From the NCBI GenBank assembly GCA_964187785.1, contig OZ076409.1:42718001-42782000 (forward strand): a DNA stretch of 64,000 bases, in the 5' to 3' direction. A program made the position numbers and the translations under genes. Shown here one piece after another: positions 61,344 through 64,000 of the stretch. How positions within the stretch are numbered: position 1 is the first letter of the stretch; the number at the start of each line of letters is the position of its first letter. The stretch is from Amphiscolops sp. MND2022. Lineage: Eukaryota. The notes beneath the pieces were generated by a model. It was not told where the DNA came from. It was given only the letters and a program-made list of their open reading frames with translations, and ran no database searches.

Positions 61344-64000
61344 TGTAATAACTTTGACCCGTGGTCTCTCTTAAATCACCAACAGATCGCGAATCCTTCT
61401 TTGTAATCTTTATTTTAGGCCCAGATGCGCTTTCCCTATTTTCCTGACTGCTAGGGGACGAACTGGCCTCAGTGTCCCTGTGCCCCCGTAGAGGACATTG
61501 AGTTAGCAATATTTTGAATCTCTGGGATGACTCTTTCAGCTATTGCCGCCGTAATGGCTCTATTTATCTGACTATGCATCATTGACATCATTGAATCCAT
61601 TTCCTGGGATAGTCTAAGGTTAAATTCGTTTGAGAAAGTTTCAAATGACTGCCTAACCTCGTTTTGTCTCAATAAGTCATTTTCGTGTAAATAATTTCCA
61701 AATTCATTCCCATGGTACGCGTTTGTATCAGCGTCCCCGTGGGCCGATGATAGATCTATGGCGTCAGTTAATTCTCTCTCTAAGGGGTTATTATTTTCAC
61801 TCCCTAACATCATGTCTAAGTTTTCAAAGTCAGACATCATTTCCATTTCTCTAGATTTCCTGGCTTTTGCCTTTTGTCTTCTTGTGGAAGGCATAAGAAA
61901 TGTTACAAGGTAAAGATGTTAATTATCTTCTAACTTGCAAATATAGTGTGATATTACTGTAACAAGTAACTTTAACATGTAGCTTCTTCACAACTTGTGT
62001 CCTCGGGGCTAAATGTCCCGGATATATATATTGAAAACTACATGACAGTCAGAATATGAATTGTCATATTCTAAAAATAGCCTTAAGGGCTTTCTAAGAA
62101 TAGTAACATTCTAAAAATAGCAACAAATAGCTATTGACGTAATTATGATGTGAGTGACTTCAAAGGAGATTTCCCGACAGGTAGCACGTTGGCGGGAAGC
62201 CCTTGTGTCTAAAAGTCATATTAACAGCATACATATAAATAAGCAAATTACATGCATTCAACCATCTTACGAGAGATTTATTAATAGCACGCAACATTTC
62301 ATTACCATGCGGTCTTTCGATACTACGTACCCATTTCATGAGAAATTAAAGCGTTTCTAAGCTCTGAGTAATTGTATTCATCATTCAGCACCTTTAATTC
62401 AAAAGTGGACTCAGCGTCCCATAGACACGGCAGTCCTCATTTGTTTATTGACAGGCGGCATAAGGCCGTCAAGTCCTTTAATTAAAGCGCCGCGTACAGT
62501 TTTGGATAAGAGCACTGGTTAATTAAATACTGCACTCTGATTGGCTAAGGTTTGCTCGGACTTGCTGTCCAAGGCGACAGGCGAGGAAACATTTGAACGC
62601 GTTTCCTTTACCTGTACGCCTTGGTGTCCAAATTACTAGCAACGTACAAAATAGCGCCTGTATTTCGTAATTTTAAATCATCACTACATGATATTTTACA
62701 TTCAGAATAAATAAATTACATGACTTCTGAGATACAAATGCAGTTCATTTAAAAAGATTCAATTTAGATGGATCGTGTTGGGTGGGGCTTTTTGATAGTT
62801 ATGGCAAATAGAATACAAGTTGCCATCACAGGCGGACGCCTGGGACACTCCCCCTGGGATTAACATGAAGCAGCCCACCTTCATTCCTTCTAAGAACGCT
62901 AGTCTCCTGGCATTAAATTGTTCTGGGGACTCCCCTCGGACAGCCGTCTTGTGAAGGTAGTCAATCACTGCTTCATCTTGAATCTGTTCTACAGATTTTC
63001 CGCAGATGAGGCAGTCTGTGCAGCCCGTGATGTAAGGGTTGTCGTCGCTAGGGCCTTTAAAGTGGATTCCACTTGGGCGTTGTTGTTTATTACTAATAGA
63101 GGGTTCTGCCATTGCCCTCCAGTCGCCTGTAGGGTATTTATCCACAGCAGGGGGCGACATTGGTGTGTCCACCATTGGAATTAATTGGCTGCAAATATTA
63201 ATCGGGTGATCGTACCTGAGCCTTGGGTCCCTTGCAACTGGCCCTCTCCCCATCCCTAGATCAAAGTATCCAGCATCGAACATTGGTCTGGGGATGTATG
63301 AAAGCCTGGGGGTCCCGGGACGATTTTCTCTCTGTTGGTTTGAGCAGGAGGGCACCGGAATGCTTTCTGAAGCCAATGGGAGTTCCATTTGTCTTTCTAT
63401 GCCTTCCGCCAGTAGAGCCACTTCATCATCGTCGGACAGAGATTCTAGGTCGTCTACTGAAGCGCTGCTCGCACATTCCATTTCATCGTCACTGGATATG
63501 CAAATTATTCCGTCTCCCGGGGCTGCTCCCTGAAAGTCTTCTGGGTAGTACTCGGGGGACTCTGAGTCGAAATGGCTTGATAGGAACTTGTCCATAATTA
63601 TTTTCTTTGCAATTTTTGGAGAGATTTCTTTTGAGAAGTTTTTTGAGTTTTAATTCAAATAGCCAACTGGTTGTCGTGAATGATTGTGAAACAATGGCGG
63701 TCTTCCCTTCCGTTGACTCGCGGGAGTTTTCGTTTCAGTTTCCCGGGGTTTTGCGTCTCCTAAGAAGGATAAATTTTCAACAACAAGTTCCATCTTGGTA
63801 ATATCTTTCATCTATCCGCCTTGCCTTCTTTGATAACGCCGACAACGGCCTTGTTGGCATACATCAGTTTTGTCAACACCTCCATATTAAGAGTGCCGCT
63901 TCAAGTGTGTTTATTAACACTCATCGTGCACTTAAGGGTTTCAAGAGGGTAAAGCTATGGCAGTCAGCCACGCCGTCCACCAACAATTTGATAAACCAAT
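61344..64000 (-). mobile_element. Gypsy-B 3' end: accessory ORF plus 3' LTR containing the gag N-terminus
   Basis: Minus-strand LTR ends ...TTATTACA at 61344. Gag-like MPSTRRQKAKARKSRE starts at 61894, a CCAAT box lies near 62540, and the LTR start is uncertain (about 62690). No pol in the window. Confidence 0.6.
62759..63595 (-). CDS. Gypsy-B accessory ORF, 278 aa, acidic N-terminus and C-terminal CxxCxxC
   Basis: Uninterrupted ORF; GCTDCLICGKSV motif; no signal peptide or TM. Confidence 0.6.
   Translation of the reverse strand: MDKFLSSHFDSESPEYYPEDFQGAAPGDGIICISSDDEMECASSASVDDLESLSDDDEVALLAEGIERQMELPLASESIPVPSCSNQQRENRPGTPRLSYIPRPMFDAGYFDLGMGRGPVARDPRLRYDHPINICSQLIPMVDTPMSPPAVDKYPTGDWRAMAEPSISNKQQRPSGIHFKGPSDDNPYITGCTDCLICGKSVEQIQDEAVIDYLHKTAVRGESPEQFNARRLAFLEGMKVGCFMLIPGGVSQASACDGNLYSICHNYQKAPPNTIHLN

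Noticed and set aside
62759-63595. env gene
   Set aside because: No signal peptide, furin site or transmembrane anchor.

Overview
AT-rich eukaryotic (metazoan) genomic DNA with two assembly gaps (29116-29315, 33465-33717). Some repeat and gag families resemble ones I recall from acoel worms; this is unverified. Left half (1.8-32 kb): a multi-exon minus-strand adhesion GPCR-like gene. I could chain 14 exons phase-consistently (>=2128 aa), including a 3.77-kb ectodomain exon, GAIN/GPS and 7TM. Its introns hold non-autonomous Helentron-like repeats and a bounded but defective MULE transposon. Right half (33-64 kb): a nested mobile-element cluster. It contains two tandem, divergent zinc-finger tyrosine-recombinase (YR) genes separated and bounded by (GAT)n tracts and surrounded by a bipartite GAGAC-N5-GTACA motif array. 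It also holds a decayed Gypsy element with antisense accessory ORFs whose 3' LTR is split by a full-length decayed BEL/Pao element (TSD GGTGC), and the 3' end of a second Gypsy family. In both Gypsy families gag appears to start more than 100 codons inside the LTR. The YR cassette is the best candidate for an undescribed system. No rRNA, complete tRNA or CRISPR was seen.
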